This document shows positions 8,318 to 16,778 of a stretch of 37,615 bases of DNA, one piece after another. Each line of letters opens with the position of its first letter. The first letter of the stretch is position 1. Under the pieces are notes generated by a model that was given only the letters and a program-made list of their open reading frames with translations, did no database searches and was not told the origin of the DNA. The stretch lies in the IMG/VR virus record IMGVR_UViG_3300046705_000093, positions 1 through 37,615 of that record; one strand, given 5' to 3'. Both the position numbers and the translations under genes were made by a program. This DNA comes from a virus. Its lineage: Duplodnaviria; Caudoviricetes.

Positions 8318-8643
8318 GCAACCCAGAACTGACAGACCGCGAAATTGAAATCATCCGTCATTCGCTCGGCTGGAACCGCGACAGGTTTGCCTATCGCAAC
8401 TATTTCGCCGCTGACCGAGACAGTGAAGACGATGCCATATGGCTCGGACTTGTCAAGCGGGGTCTGGCGATCGGGCGCGAAACTTCCGTCACTCCGGACA
8501 GAACCTATTCTGTCGGATTGCGCGCTGCCAATGCCGTCCGAAAGGAAGGCGAAATTCTGGCTCCGGAAATAGCGGCAATCCTGCATCGCGTCGATGAGAA
8601 CCTTCAGAAACTGCACGGGCAGGAGTCCTCCAATGACAGCTAG
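8314..8643 (+). CDS. Hypothetical phage protein
   Basis: IRHSLG..YRNYFAA..W..LV..GLA phage family-like motif; coupled. Confidence 0.75.
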   Translation: MSNPELTDREIEIIRHSLGWNRDRFAYRNYFAADRDSEDDAIWLGLVKRGLAIGRETSVTPDRTYSVGLRAANAVRKEGEILAPEIAAILHRVDENLQKLHGQESSNDS

Positions 8644-8842
8644 CGCCCTCATAGAGCGGCTTCGGGATTATGTCGTGAACGATCCTTACACGACAGAATT
8701 GTGTCGCGAAGCCGCCGACGCTCTCACCGATCTTGAAGCCCGTCTCCGCATAGCAGAGAAGCGCGCGGAAGACGCTGAAGCACGGAATGATTTCCTTATT
8801 ACTGAACTGGATGAGCTTATTCGAAAGGCGAAGCAGACATGA
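8633..8842 (+). CDS. Hypothetical coiled-coil protein
   Basis: LIERLR..LCREAADAL motif; AGGAG RBS. Confidence 0.7.
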   Translation: MTASALIERLRDYVVNDPYTTELCREAADALTDLEARLRIAEKRAEDAEARNDFLITELDELIRKAKQT

Positions 8843-9642
8843 CCACGCAGCAGCTTAAGACGATAGAGCACGGGCAGGACGTGGCAATGCGCCCGCAGGC
8901 CGTAACGCCTATGGAGATGGTCTTCCAGGCCGTCACAAACGGATCCAGCGTCGAAGTCGTTGAGAAGCTCATGGGCCTGCAGGAGCGCTGGCAGGCGAAC
9001 CAGGCGCGCATGGCGTTTGATCAGGCGATGTCTGACGCAAAAGCGAAAATCCCCGTCATCATGAAGCGCTCGAACGTCGCCTACGACGTGAAGAATAAGG
9101 GTGACGGCAACGGCCCGGCGAATAACAGCCCCAAGCCAGACAAAGTTGATTTCGATTACGAGACACTTGGCGACATCGCAACCGCGATCAATCCCATATT
9201 GTCAGAGAGCGGACTGTCTTACCGCTACCGCTCGAAGCAGGAAAACGGTCTGATTTCAGTCACCTGCATTGTAACACATCGCGAGGGGCATTGCGAGGAA
9301 ACAACGCTTGCCGCTGGTGCCGACACGTCAGGCAAGAAGAACAGCATCCAGTCGATCGGCAGCACCGTTTCGTACCTCCAAAGGTACACGCTGAAACTCG
9401 CGCTGGGTCTCGCTGCCGCGAAGGACGATGACGGAAAGACGGCTGAAATTGGGCTTCCAATATCAGAAGAGCAGCTTACCGAACTGATCGATCTGGCCGA
9501 TGAAGTGGGGGCTGATAAGAAGGCTTTCTGCAAATACATGTCAAAGAAAGCCAACTTGCACATTGGCGGTTTTGCCGCCATTCCCGCTTCCCTGTTTGGG
9601 ACTGCAATGCAGGCGCTTGAAAGCAAGAGGGGGCAGCAATGA
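8839..9642 (+). CDS. erf: ERF-family single-strand annealing protein
   Basis: VEKLMGLQERW, YETLGDI, DTSGKKNSIQSIGSTVSYLQRYTL..ALGLAA..DDDG. Confidence 0.92.
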   Translation: MTTQQLKTIEHGQDVAMRPQAVTPMEMVFQAVTNGSSVEVVEKLMGLQERWQANQARMAFDQAMSDAKAKIPVIMKRSNVAYDVKNKGDGNGPANNSPKPDKVDFDYETLGDIATAINPILSESGLSYRYRSKQENGLISVTCIVTHREGHCEETTLAAGADTSGKKNSIQSIGSTVSYLQRYTLKLALGLAAAKDDDGKTAEIGLPISEEQLTELIDLADEVGADKKAFCKYMSKKANLHIGGFAAIPASLFGTAMQALESKRGQQ

Positions 9643-10292
9643 TCATTCAGGGATCGGATGAATGGAGGCGTCAGCGGCTGGGCAAGGTTACAGCGTCCCG
9701 GCTGGCTGACGTGATCGCCAAGACCAAATCCGGCTGGGGTGCGTCGCGCGCGAACTACATGGCCGAACTGATCGCCGAGCGCCTGACCGGCGTACCCGCT
9801 GATCGCTACACGAATTCGGCTATGGCTTGGGGCACCGAGACGGAACCGCAGGCGCGCGCCGCATACGAGTTCTATCACAGCGTCGAGGTCGAGGAAGTCG
9901 GGTTCATAGACCATCCGAAAATCCTAATGACCGGATGCTCGCCAGACGGTCTCGTCGGCAACGGTCTCGTCGAGATCAAATGCCCGAACACGGCCACACA
10001 CATCGAGACCCTGCTGAGCGAAAAGGTCCAGGACAAGTACGTCGTGCAGATGCTCTGGCAGATGGAGTGCACAGATCGCGCATGGTGCGATTTCGTTTCA
10101 TACGATCCTCGCATGCCAGAGCATCTTGCGCTGTTCGTCAAGCGGGTACGTCGTGACGATGCGAGATTGAAGGAAATCTCAATGACAGTCACGAATTTCC
10201 TAGCCGAGGTTGAGCGGAAGGTCGCCTGTCTGGAATCGATTGGCGTATCCGACACCCCGGTCTCAGATCTTAAAGCAGCGGCAAGCGCATAG
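9639..10292 (+). CDS. YqaJ/lambda-exonuclease-family nuclease
   Basis: QGSDEW..RLGKVTAS, MAWGTETEP.AR, CSPDGL..LVEIKCP, Q..WQM. Confidence 0.93.
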   Translation: MIIQGSDEWRRQRLGKVTASRLADVIAKTKSGWGASRANYMAELIAERLTGVPADRYTNSAMAWGTETEPQARAAYEFYHSVEVEEVGFIDHPKILMTGCSPDGLVGNGLVEIKCPNTATHIETLLSEKVQDKYVVQMLWQMECTDRAWCDFVSYDPRMPEHLALFVKRVRRDDARLKEISMTVTNFLAEVERKVACLESIGVSDTPVSDLKAAASA

Positions 10293-10295
10293 GGG

Positions 10296-11066
10296 ATGGG
10301 GATGAGCACAACAACCTCAATGACCAAGATTTTCGCATGGATCAGAAATCCGGCGAACAACCTTTTCAAGGGCATGAGTAAGCGTTGCGCGCTGTTCGTC
10401 TTGTCATGCGAGAATCCGGAAGCTTGTGACCTGTATGTTAAGGAAAAATCTTGCCTGCATCAGGGTGCAACGCAGCGGTGTCCGTTTGGTCGAAAATCTT
10501 GCAATGAAGGCCCCACGAACCGATCAGTAAGCTTCTACAGCACGATGCAGAAATGGCGCGAAGCCAATGCTGACGTGCTCAACGCACTGAAGCCTCTCAA
10601 GGCTCAACATCGCATATTCCGCGCGAACGGAAAATACTATCTGCCATATCATTTTATGGACAAAGGCTGGCATGACGGCGGGCTTCTGGAAAACCGCTGG
10701 ATCAGCGAAGAACATCTGACAACGGAGTTTCTTGAGAAGCTGTGCAACCTTCGTCCTCGTGCAATGATGGGCGGGGAAATCACCAGCTATCAGAAAGAAG
10801 AAGTTCCGAAGTTCATATCTGACCTCAAGCATCACTACCCAGAGATTTTCGAACGACTCCCCGATGATCAGAAAGCCCGCGTCGAAACGATAAGCTACGT
10901 CGGGCGCAAGGCTGATCTGACAACGTGCAATCCGAGTGAATTTACCATCACCGGAGACCGCTGGGAATGGGACGGCAAAACGCTGATCGGCAAAAAAATG
11001 CTGTTTCAGTCAGATAAGCGGTTCGGCCCGCCTGTAGGCGAGAAGGTGACGGAGAGCGCAGCATGA
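10296..11066 (+). CDS. Hypothetical protein, Cys-rich N-terminus
   Basis: 256 aa ORF in operon. Confidence 0.75.
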   Translation: MGMSTTTSMTKIFAWIRNPANNLFKGMSKRCALFVLSCENPEACDLYVKEKSCLHQGATQRCPFGRKSCNEGPTNRSVSFYSTMQKWREANADVLNALKPLKAQHRIFRANGKYYLPYHFMDKGWHDGGLLENRWISEEHLTTEFLEKLCNLRPRAMMGGEITSYQKEEVPKFISDLKHHYPEIFERLPDDQKARVETISYVGRKADLTTCNPSEFTITGDRWEWDGKTLIGKKMLFQSDKRFGPPVGEKVTESAA

Positions 11067-11416
11067 GCATTGCAGAAATCACAAAACCATACACCGGCGC
11101 GCTTGCGCAATCAGTCGGCGGACAGATCAGGCTCATCAGAAAACTGAAGGGCATGACCCTGAACGAACTCGCGCTCAAATGCAGATCAACGCCGCAGACG
11201 ATACAGCGGCTTGAAGTCGGAAACATGACCCTATCCCTAGACTGGGTGGAGACGATCTGCAACGCGCTTGAAATCCTTCCCCGCGACCTGTTCAGCGATG
11301 AGGACCGGGGGATGGCGGCGCAGATCGAGATCATGCGCACCGAAGCCGAAGTTCTGAAGATTCGCGCGCTGGATTTTGTCGGGCGGATTGATGGATTTCT
11401 GAGGGACACGGAATGA
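11063..11416 (+). CDS. XRE-family HTH regulator
   Basis: IRLIRKLKGMTLNELA..TPQTIQRLEVG. Confidence 0.88.
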   Translation: MSIAEITKPYTGALAQSVGGQIRLIRKLKGMTLNELALKCRSTPQTIQRLEVGNMTLSLDWVETICNALEILPRDLFSDEDRGMAAQIEIMRTEAEVLKIRALDFVGRIDGFLRDTE

Positions 11417-11619
11417 CGACCCCCTGGCCAGCCCTAGAAGACCAGATAGAGGCCCGTATGCAGCCGGAAGCACAGAAGCGCCGTGGATGGCTACGGGAAG
11501 CATTGTGGGCCTACGGAACGTTCCTAACCGGCATAGGGGTTGGCCTTGCTCTGGTTGTCGCGGTGATGCTGGTGCCGGTGATTTGGGGAGTGAGGAAGAT
11601 GAGGAGGGTGGTGAAGTGA
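11413..11619 (+). CDS. Small membrane protein
   Basis: One long hydrophobic segment; coupled. Confidence 0.6.
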   Translation: MTTPWPALEDQIEARMQPEAQKRRGWLREALWAYGTFLTGIGVGLALVVAVMLVPVIWGVRKMRRVVK

Positions 11620-11708
11620 CGGAACTTCAGGGAATGATAATCAGCATACAGCTTTTGTGCGTTGTGATCGTGCTGGTGTTTATCCTCATAGCGATAGTCA
11701 GAAAATGA
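11616..11708 (+). CDS. 30-aa single-TM peptide (GTG start)
   Basis: Coupled on both sides; IISIQLLCVVIVLVFILIAIVRK. Confidence 0.5.
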   Translation: MTELQGMIISIQLLCVVIVLVFILIAIVRK

Positions 11709-12169
11709 CAGTCCGCCAGATCGCCCCACGCAAAGGCCAGAACCGGAAAAAGCCGAACATGCACGAGAAGCTGGCATCAGCACTCTTGCATATCCGTCGC
11801 GGCGTCGAAGGTGACGACTGGCTTATCAAGGGCGATCTGCGGAGCGCGACGGCCAAGGAAATTTGCTCAGCGGTTGATTTCGACCACGTGCGCCGCTGGG
11901 CCGAGGGCGGATCGAATGACCCGCAGAATTTACAGCCGCTACAGCGCGCTGAACACCGCGAAAAGTCCCGTAAGGATACCACGGAAGTCGCCAAGGGGAA
12001 ACGGTTCGGCAAAGCACATGCGGAGTTTCAACGGAAGATGCTGGCTAAGGTTTACGGCGAAACGGTCGAGACCGACAAGCCCAAGCGCAAGGCGAAGATC
12101 CAGTCCCGAGGCTTCCCGTCTCCTGAAGAGCGCCGGGCAGTGAAAGAGAAATACGAGAGGGTGAGATGA
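11705..12169 (+). CDS. HNH endonuclease-like protein
   Basis: FDHVRRWAEGGSNDPQNLQPL...H..K. Confidence 0.85.
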   Translation: MTVRQIAPRKGQNRKKPNMHEKLASALLHIRRGVEGDDWLIKGDLRSATAKEICSAVDFDHVRRWAEGGSNDPQNLQPLQRAEHREKSRKDTTEVAKGKRFGKAHAEFQRKMLAKVYGETVETDKPKRKAKIQSRGFPSPEERRAVKEKYERVR

Positions 12170-12414
12170 GCAAAGTACAAATCAAATGGCAAGCGGCGGA
12201 CGGCTATTTCGGCAAGGACCGCCCCCAGATGACGGAAATCGAAGCTTACGACTTCGAGGGACTTACGCGCGGCGAAGTTCAAAATCTTTTCGACGAGATG
12301 ATGGAAGATGCCTTTCGCCAAAAGGTGAGTTGGGAAGTCGAAGATTACGACGGCGCGATAGACGAGATCATGGCCGCCGCCGCTTCTCTCCCAGACCATG
12401 AGGTGACGGGATGA
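12166..12414 (+). CDS. Acidic hypothetical protein
   Basis: Coupled ORF, D/E-rich. Confidence 0.7.
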   Translation: MSKVQIKWQAADGYFGKDRPQMTEIEAYDFEGLTRGEVQNLFDEMMEDAFRQKVSWEVEDYDGAIDEIMAAAASLPDHEVTG

Positions 12415-12671
12415 GACTGAACCCCATAGACGAATATGTCGGCGCACAGATTACCAGATGGCGCGAGCACCGCGGGCTTGAACAGAAAGACCTGGCTGAC
12501 CGCGCCGGAATAAACAGCTCGATCATCTGCCGCTATGAGAGCGGGGAAAGCCGGGCCTACGCCATCACGCTTTGGAAGATATCGAAGGCTCTCGGAATTC
12601 CGGTTTCGTATTTCTTTGAGGGGCTTCCGGTTGAAGCCACCGGCGCTCAAGACCATGAGGTGACGGAATGA
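12393..12671 (+). repeat. 22-bp direct repeat AGACCATGAGGTGACGG(G/A)ATGA at 12393-12414 and 12650-12671
   Basis: 21/22 identity; brackets the XRE gene 12411-12671. Confidence 0.85.
12411..12671 (+). CDS. XRE-family HTH regulator
   Basis: NPIDEYVGAQI..RGLEQKDLA..ICRYESGESR..ALGIPVSYFFEGL. Confidence 0.9.
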   Translation: MRLNPIDEYVGAQITRWREHRGLEQKDLADRAGINSSIICRYESGESRAYAITLWKISKALGIPVSYFFEGLPVEATGAQDHEVTE

Positions 12672-12946
12672 CGCCGCTTGAGACGGCAGCACGCGCTGCA
12701 TACGAAGCATGGATCTCCGGCGTCGAGGGCATAGAGCCTGCATGGGATGACCTCCCGCAGGATTTCATTGATCGGCTTATGGCGGCTCAACGGGCCGCGC
12801 TGCTGGCGCTGGCTGAATGCGACCTGCCGCGAAAACATCTCACCGTAACCGGCCCGTCCGGGGTCCGCACTGACAAAGACGATAGGCAGGGGATATTCCG
12901 CGTCATTCTACGCGCAATTGCAACCGGGGGGAACGCCGATGGCTGA
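12668..12946 (+). CDS. Hypothetical phage protein
   Basis: LETAARAAYEAW..WDDLP motif; coupled. Confidence 0.7.
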   Translation: MTPLETAARAAYEAWISGVEGIEPAWDDLPQDFIDRLMAAQRAALLALAECDLPRKHLTVTGPSGVRTDKDDRQGIFRVILRAIATGGNADG

Positions 12947-13267
12947 CAGTGATTGGCGCAGCGATGAATTCGCAAGACGGCTGCGAACGGCGCGCGCCTA
13001 CCACGATATCACAGGTCCAGATCTAGCCAAGAAAGTCGGCGTCTCACGCATGGCCGTCTGGAAGTACGAACATGGCCAAGCCTACCCATGCTCGTCAGTC
13101 CTGATCAAGATTGGCAGGGAACTGAATGTTTCACTCGACTGGTTGATGTGCGGCGCACCGCTTCAGCTCAAATGCGAGAACGGCAATTCCCTCTGTCAGT
13201 TCAACTTGCTGAAATGCCCACTTCATGACCACGCCATTGCAACGGAGGGGAACACCGATGGCTGACA
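12913..13267 (+). repeat. 36-bp direct repeat at 12913-12948 and 13232-13267
   Basis: 32/36 identity (CGCaATTGCAACcGgGGGGAACgCCGATGGCTGACA); brackets the XRE gene 12939-13265. Confidence 0.85.
12939..13265 (+). CDS. XRE-family HTH regulator with Cys-rich tail
   Basis: FARRLRTAR..DLAKKVGVSRMAVWKYEHG..LNVSLDWL. Confidence 0.88.
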   Translation: MADSDWRSDEFARRLRTARAYHDITGPDLAKKVGVSRMAVWKYEHGQAYPCSSVLIKIGRELNVSLDWLMCGAPLQLKCENGNSLCQFNLLKCPLHDHAIATEGNTDG

Positions 13268-13512
13268 TAGACAAGCTGAAAGAGAAGATCCGTCAGGCTA
13301 TATCCGCAAAGCATAGCTGCCGAGACCATCTTTGTGACGATAGTAACTACGATCGCTGCATCTGTGAATCCGACGCGGCCGCCGCTCTCACCGCGATAGA
13401 ATCCGCAGGATTCGTCTTAATGCCGAAGGATCAGATCCTACGCAAGATGAGCCACGAGGAATTCACGGAGATGATGGCGCGGATCAGGTTCAGGGAGAAT
13501 GCAGATGTCTGA
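13258..13512 (+). CDS. Hypothetical protein
   Basis: GGAGG RBS; coupled. Confidence 0.65.
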   Translation: MADIDKLKEKIRQAISAKHSCRDHLCDDSNYDRCICESDAAAALTAIESAGFVLMPKDQILRKMSHEEFTEMMARIRFRENADV

Positions 13513-13831
13513 CGATAGCAAGACAATCGGGCAGATCGAGTGGGAAGCCCGCATGGAGCATTACCGTAAGGCCGGCTTCAGCTTCACGTTCCCGGAAGAA
13601 TGGCGGCTTCTGGTGAAAGATCAGAAAGACGCGATGGAAGCGGGAGCTAACGCCGTATGGGATCAAGCCGTAGAGGCTTGCGTCTCGATCGTCGCCGAAG
13701 GCGTGAAATGGGAGCCGGAAGAATTCTACTCCGACACGCACATCAAGGCGTCGAACGAGACGGCTTATCTGCTTGCAAAGGCTCTCCGCTCCTTAAAGCG
13801 CTCCCAAAGCCAGACGGAGGAAGACAAGTGA
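13505..13831 (+). CDS. Hypothetical protein
   Basis: GGAG RBS; coupled. Confidence 0.7.
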   Translation: MSDDSKTIGQIEWEARMEHYRKAGFSFTFPEEWRLLVKDQKDAMEAGANAVWDQAVEACVSIVAEGVKWEPEEFYSDTHIKASNETAYLLAKALRSLKRSQSQTEEDK

Positions 13832-14151
13832 ATTGGGGTGTCATCGAACCAGAATTCAAGAAGGGCGATCGCATCCGGCCATCGGAGCGCTTTCGGAAAA
13901 TCTTTCCCCTGCGTGGGAAGCGTCGCGGATCGCCGCCGATCGTAGAGGGAACCGTAGTCGGCTTTAGCCGCGACGTGAACTGCTATCGCATCATATGGGA
14001 TGGTCGCAAACACTACGAGACCATCCACGGCAGCTACCTGGAAGAAAGCCAGATTGAGGAGCCTGCGAACGCAGGCGATGAGATGACCGCTGCGAGCGAT
14101 GGCGTTTGCCTGACACCACATAAAATCAATCAGGAGTCGGACAATGGCTGA
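13828..14151 (+). CDS. Hypothetical protein (SH3/KOW-like, GTG start)
   Basis: FKKGDRIR..GTVVGF..YRIIWDG; GGAGG RBS. Confidence 0.65.
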   Translation: MNWGVIEPEFKKGDRIRPSERFRKIFPLRGKRRGSPPIVEGTVVGFSRDVNCYRIIWDGRKHYETIHGSYLEESQIEEPANAGDEMTAASDGVCLTPHKINQESDNG

Positions 14152-14491
14152 TCGTACCAGAGAAGAGATAGAGGAACTTGCCACCATTCTCCATCACGCA
14201 GCCGAGCGCGGTGAAAGCGGCGACGGCTATGCGAGATTGGGGAACACGGTTGCGTTCAAAACCGCCTCCGCTCTCCGTCAGCTTCTCTCTGCTACGGAGT
14301 GGAAGCCAATAGAGACCGCGCCGGGACTCGACGGGAATAATCGCATCCTCGTTTGGTCAAGCAAGCACCCACCTAGCGATCAAGTTCAGATTCGTCTGGC
14401 GGATGGGGAGTTTTGGCGGCGAGAAAAAGTAGGCCCTAGCCACTGGATGCCGCTCCCCCTTCCCCCATTTCCACTCATAGAGGGAGAGTAG
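14144..14491 (+). CDS. DUF551-like phage protein
   Basis: WKPIETAP ... PSHWMPLPLPP. Confidence 0.8.
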   Translation: MADRTREEIEELATILHHAAERGESGDGYARLGNTVAFKTASALRQLLSATEWKPIETAPGLDGNNRILVWSSKHPPSDQVQIRLADGEFWRREKVGPSHWMPLPLPPFPLIEGE

Positions 14492-14492
14492 T

Positions 14493-15161
14493 ATGGCAGA
14501 TCGTCCAATCCTATTTTCAGCGCCGATGGTGCAAGCGTTGCTTGGCGGCAGGAAAACGCAGACACGGCGGACATTATCACGCCGATGGAGCATAGACGGC
14601 AGCCCGTCTGGATCTTTCTGGAATCAGCTTGATTGGTCCACTGCGGAGCCGCGCTCGACGGCAATGTTTATGGATGTCGTTTTGGGGCCCGGCAACGCCC
14701 CTCCCGATGCTCATTTGAGGGTTAGACACGCAGATCAGGAGAGCTGGCATCGCGTCCGCCCTCCATATGATATTGGCGATCGTCTTTATGTCCGCGAACA
14801 ATGGCAAACCCATTGCGACAAGGACGGTATCACACCTCGGGACTTGCCGCCAGATACCGCAGTCCAACACCCGGCGACTTATGACGGATGGGTAAGCAGG
14901 CGGAGGCCCGGTATCCACATGCCCCGCTGGGCATCACGCCTTACACTGATCGTGACAAATATCCATGTCCAGCGTCTTCAGGATATCAGCGAGGAAGACG
15001 CGAAGGCGGAGGGTTGCAACGAAGCCTCTCAGGTTCATTTTGCGTATCTCTGGGAGGGAATAAACGGCCCCGGATCATGGGCGGAGAACCCGTTCGTCTG
15101 TGCAATCAGCTTCGAAGTTCACAAGGTCAACATCGACGCTTTGAAAGCGGAGGCAGCTTGA
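14493..15161 (+). CDS. ASCH/PUA-like phage protein
   Basis: RPILFSAPMVQALLGGRKTQTRR, GDRLYVRE, PGIHMPRWASR, QRLQDISEEDA.AEG, SWAENP. Confidence 0.85.
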   Translation: MADRPILFSAPMVQALLGGRKTQTRRTLSRRWSIDGSPSGSFWNQLDWSTAEPRSTAMFMDVVLGPGNAPPDAHLRVRHADQESWHRVRPPYDIGDRLYVREQWQTHCDKDGITPRDLPPDTAVQHPATYDGWVSRRRPGIHMPRWASRLTLIVTNIHVQRLQDISEEDAKAEGCNEASQVHFAYLWEGINGPGSWAENPFVCAISFEVHKVNIDALKAEAA

Positions 15162-15331
15162 TGGCCGACCTATCCAAATGCAACGACTCCTTCTGTCCCA
15201 GCAAGGATCACTGTTACAGGTTCACGGCTCCGGCGTCACTGGTCTGGCAGAGCTACTGCGATTTCCAGCGTCGCGGCCGGCCGTGCTGTGATTCCTACAT
15301 CCCGGCTCCCAAGGAGGAACCCGATGCCTGA
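15161..15331 (+). CDS. Small Cys-rich protein (MADLSKCNDSFCP..CYRF)
   Basis: TGATG coupling, GGAGG RBS. Confidence 0.7.
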   Translation: MADLSKCNDSFCPSKDHCYRFTAPASLVWQSYCDFQRRGRPCCDSYIPAPKEEPDA

Positions 15332-15508
15332 CACCTGCTCCACCTGCAAGTTCTGGGAACACTGGCGCGTCGTCCTGCTCGCAGATGATGAGCCGCAATC
15401 TGTTGGTCATTGCGTCGTGAAGCGTCCGGTAAACGAGCATGCCGTCATGACCATCATTCAAGGTCTCACAGCGCATGATTTCCACTGTGATTCCTACATC
15501 CAGGCTCC
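15286..15508 (+). repeat. 24-bp direct repeat CTGTGATTCCTACATCC(C/A)GGCTCC at 15286-15309 and 15485-15508
   Basis: 23/24 identity; each copy lies the same distance before the next ATG. Confidence 0.85.
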
Positions 15509-15530
15509 GGCGGAGAAGACAGATGAGTGA
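15324..15530 (+). CDS. Small Cys-rich protein (CSTCKFW)
   Basis: AAGGAGG RBS. Confidence 0.7.
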   Translation: MPDTCSTCKFWEHWRVVLLADDEPQSVGHCVVKRPVNEHAVMTIIQGLTAHDFHCDSYIQAPAEKTDE

Positions 15531-15714
15531 CCCCGCATTCAAGATTTGCATGCATCGAGAGTGTTCAAACAGAACCGAGCATATGGTGGCCGAATCCGGC
15601 TCAGTCGTCTTCGTATGCAACGAGCACTTGGAGGATGTCGTCTCGCTCTGCCGCGAAAAACCTATCGTCATGAGCGGCATCAGCCCCTTTCAGAACACCG
15701 GAGGCGACAGATGA
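15523..15714 (+). CDS. Small zinc-binding-like protein
   Basis: CMHREC..CNEH; coupled. Confidence 0.6.
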   Translation: MSDPAFKICMHRECSNRTEHMVAESGSVVFVCNEHLEDVVSLCREKPIVMSGISPFQNTGGDR

Positions 15715-15962
15715 GCGACATTCTGATCCTGGAAGGCGTCCGCGTCGCACTCCAAAGACATCACGACTGGCATTTGAACCAGACAGACGAAGTCGATATC
15801 GGCGATGGAATCCAAATCGTCCCGGCAGATGAATACAGCGATAGCGCCATGTACGACGAAACCGTCGCCGCTCTGGATTTGCTTAATAAAGAAATTCAGA
15901 TGCGTATCGCCCCCGCTTCTAACCTCAATACCGGAGGGGAAGATGACACTGGCGCTCGCTAA
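15711..15962 (+). CDS. Acidic hypothetical protein
   Basis: GGAGG RBS; coupled. Confidence 0.65.
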   Translation: MSDILILEGVRVALQRHHDWHLNQTDEVDIGDGIQIVPADEYSDSAMYDETVAALDLLNKEIQMRIAPASNLNTGGEDDTGAR

Positions 15963-16401
15963 GCTTCTTTCAACGGAGGACGTTTCCGAGATGCTCGGCG
16001 TGTCGCCGCGCAAGGTTCGCGACCTGCCGATTCCGTTTGTCCGCGTGGGGAAATATCGGAGGTATCACCCGGATCATCTGGATGAATTCAGGAACAATCC
16101 CGAAGACCCTTGGGACGACGAAATCACCGGCCGTGTCTATTTTCTAAGAACTTCCTGCGGTCGGTACGTGAAGATCGGCTATGCGATGGACGTGTCCAAG
16201 CGCGTGACAGCGATAGATTTATGCCATCCAGAACCATTAACACTCCTCGGATCGGTGCCGGGCAACCCAAGAATTGAAAAATTCTTCCATCGTAAGTTCA
16301 AAGACATGCGAGTGCGTGGCGAGTGGTTCCGCCTTTCCGCAGAACTAAAGCAGCACATCCAAGAGCATGTTGAGTTGCAAGTGGAAAAAGACACAATCTG
16401 A
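15943..16401 (+). CDS. Excisionase-like HTH fused to a GIY-YIG (T5orf172-like) nuclease domain
   Basis: LLSTEDVSEMLGVS..IPFVRVG..RRY, then VYF..YVKIGY..R..EK.FH.KF..R.RGEWF. Confidence 0.85.
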   Translation: MTLALAKLLSTEDVSEMLGVSPRKVRDLPIPFVRVGKYRRYHPDHLDEFRNNPEDPWDDEITGRVYFLRTSCGRYVKIGYAMDVSKRVTAIDLCHPEPLTLLGSVPGNPRIEKFFHRKFKDMRVRGEWFRLSAELKQHIQEHVELQVEKDTI

Positions 16402-16778
16402 TGACGACACTTTACGCCCCGCTCACCATCGAGGACATAAAGACGCTCTTGCCCGGCGTGTCGGAGCGCGCGCTGCGCGAGACCATTCGTAAACATAAGT
16501 GCTGTTCGATCATCGGCGGCAAGATGTATCTTCGCCTTGAGGACTTTGACCGGCTTCTGGAGGTAACGAGTCTATGTCGATCGAAATCAAATGGCGGAAC
16601 GGGATTGCGTACATCCACGGGACTATTGAGGGCGAACGCATACGAAGAAGCCTTGGAACTCGCGACCCGAAAATCGCAGCCCGTAAGAAAGCAGAAGAAG
16701 AAGCGCGTCTCCAGCGAGCCTCGATCTACGGAATCGAATACGAGGCTACCTTCGCTGAAGCTTGTGTCCACTACCTGA
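16401..16778 (+). CDS. Probable excisionase, overlapping the integrase 5' end
   Basis: Winged-HTH-like N-terminus (GVSERALRETIRK..IIGGKMYL..DFDRLLE) directly upstream of int. Confidence 0.7.
   Translation: MTTLYAPLTIEDIKTLLPGVSERALRETIRKHKCCSIIGGKMYLRLEDFDRLLEVTSLCRSKSNGGTGLRTSTGLLRANAYEEALELATRKSQPVRKQKKKRVSSEPRSTESNTRLPSLKLVSTT

Noticed and set aside
12393-15946. CRISPR or integron attC array from the repeated junction motifs
   Set aside because: Repeats occur as different pairs, are not palindromic, and are separated by whole genes; no cas genes or integron integrase
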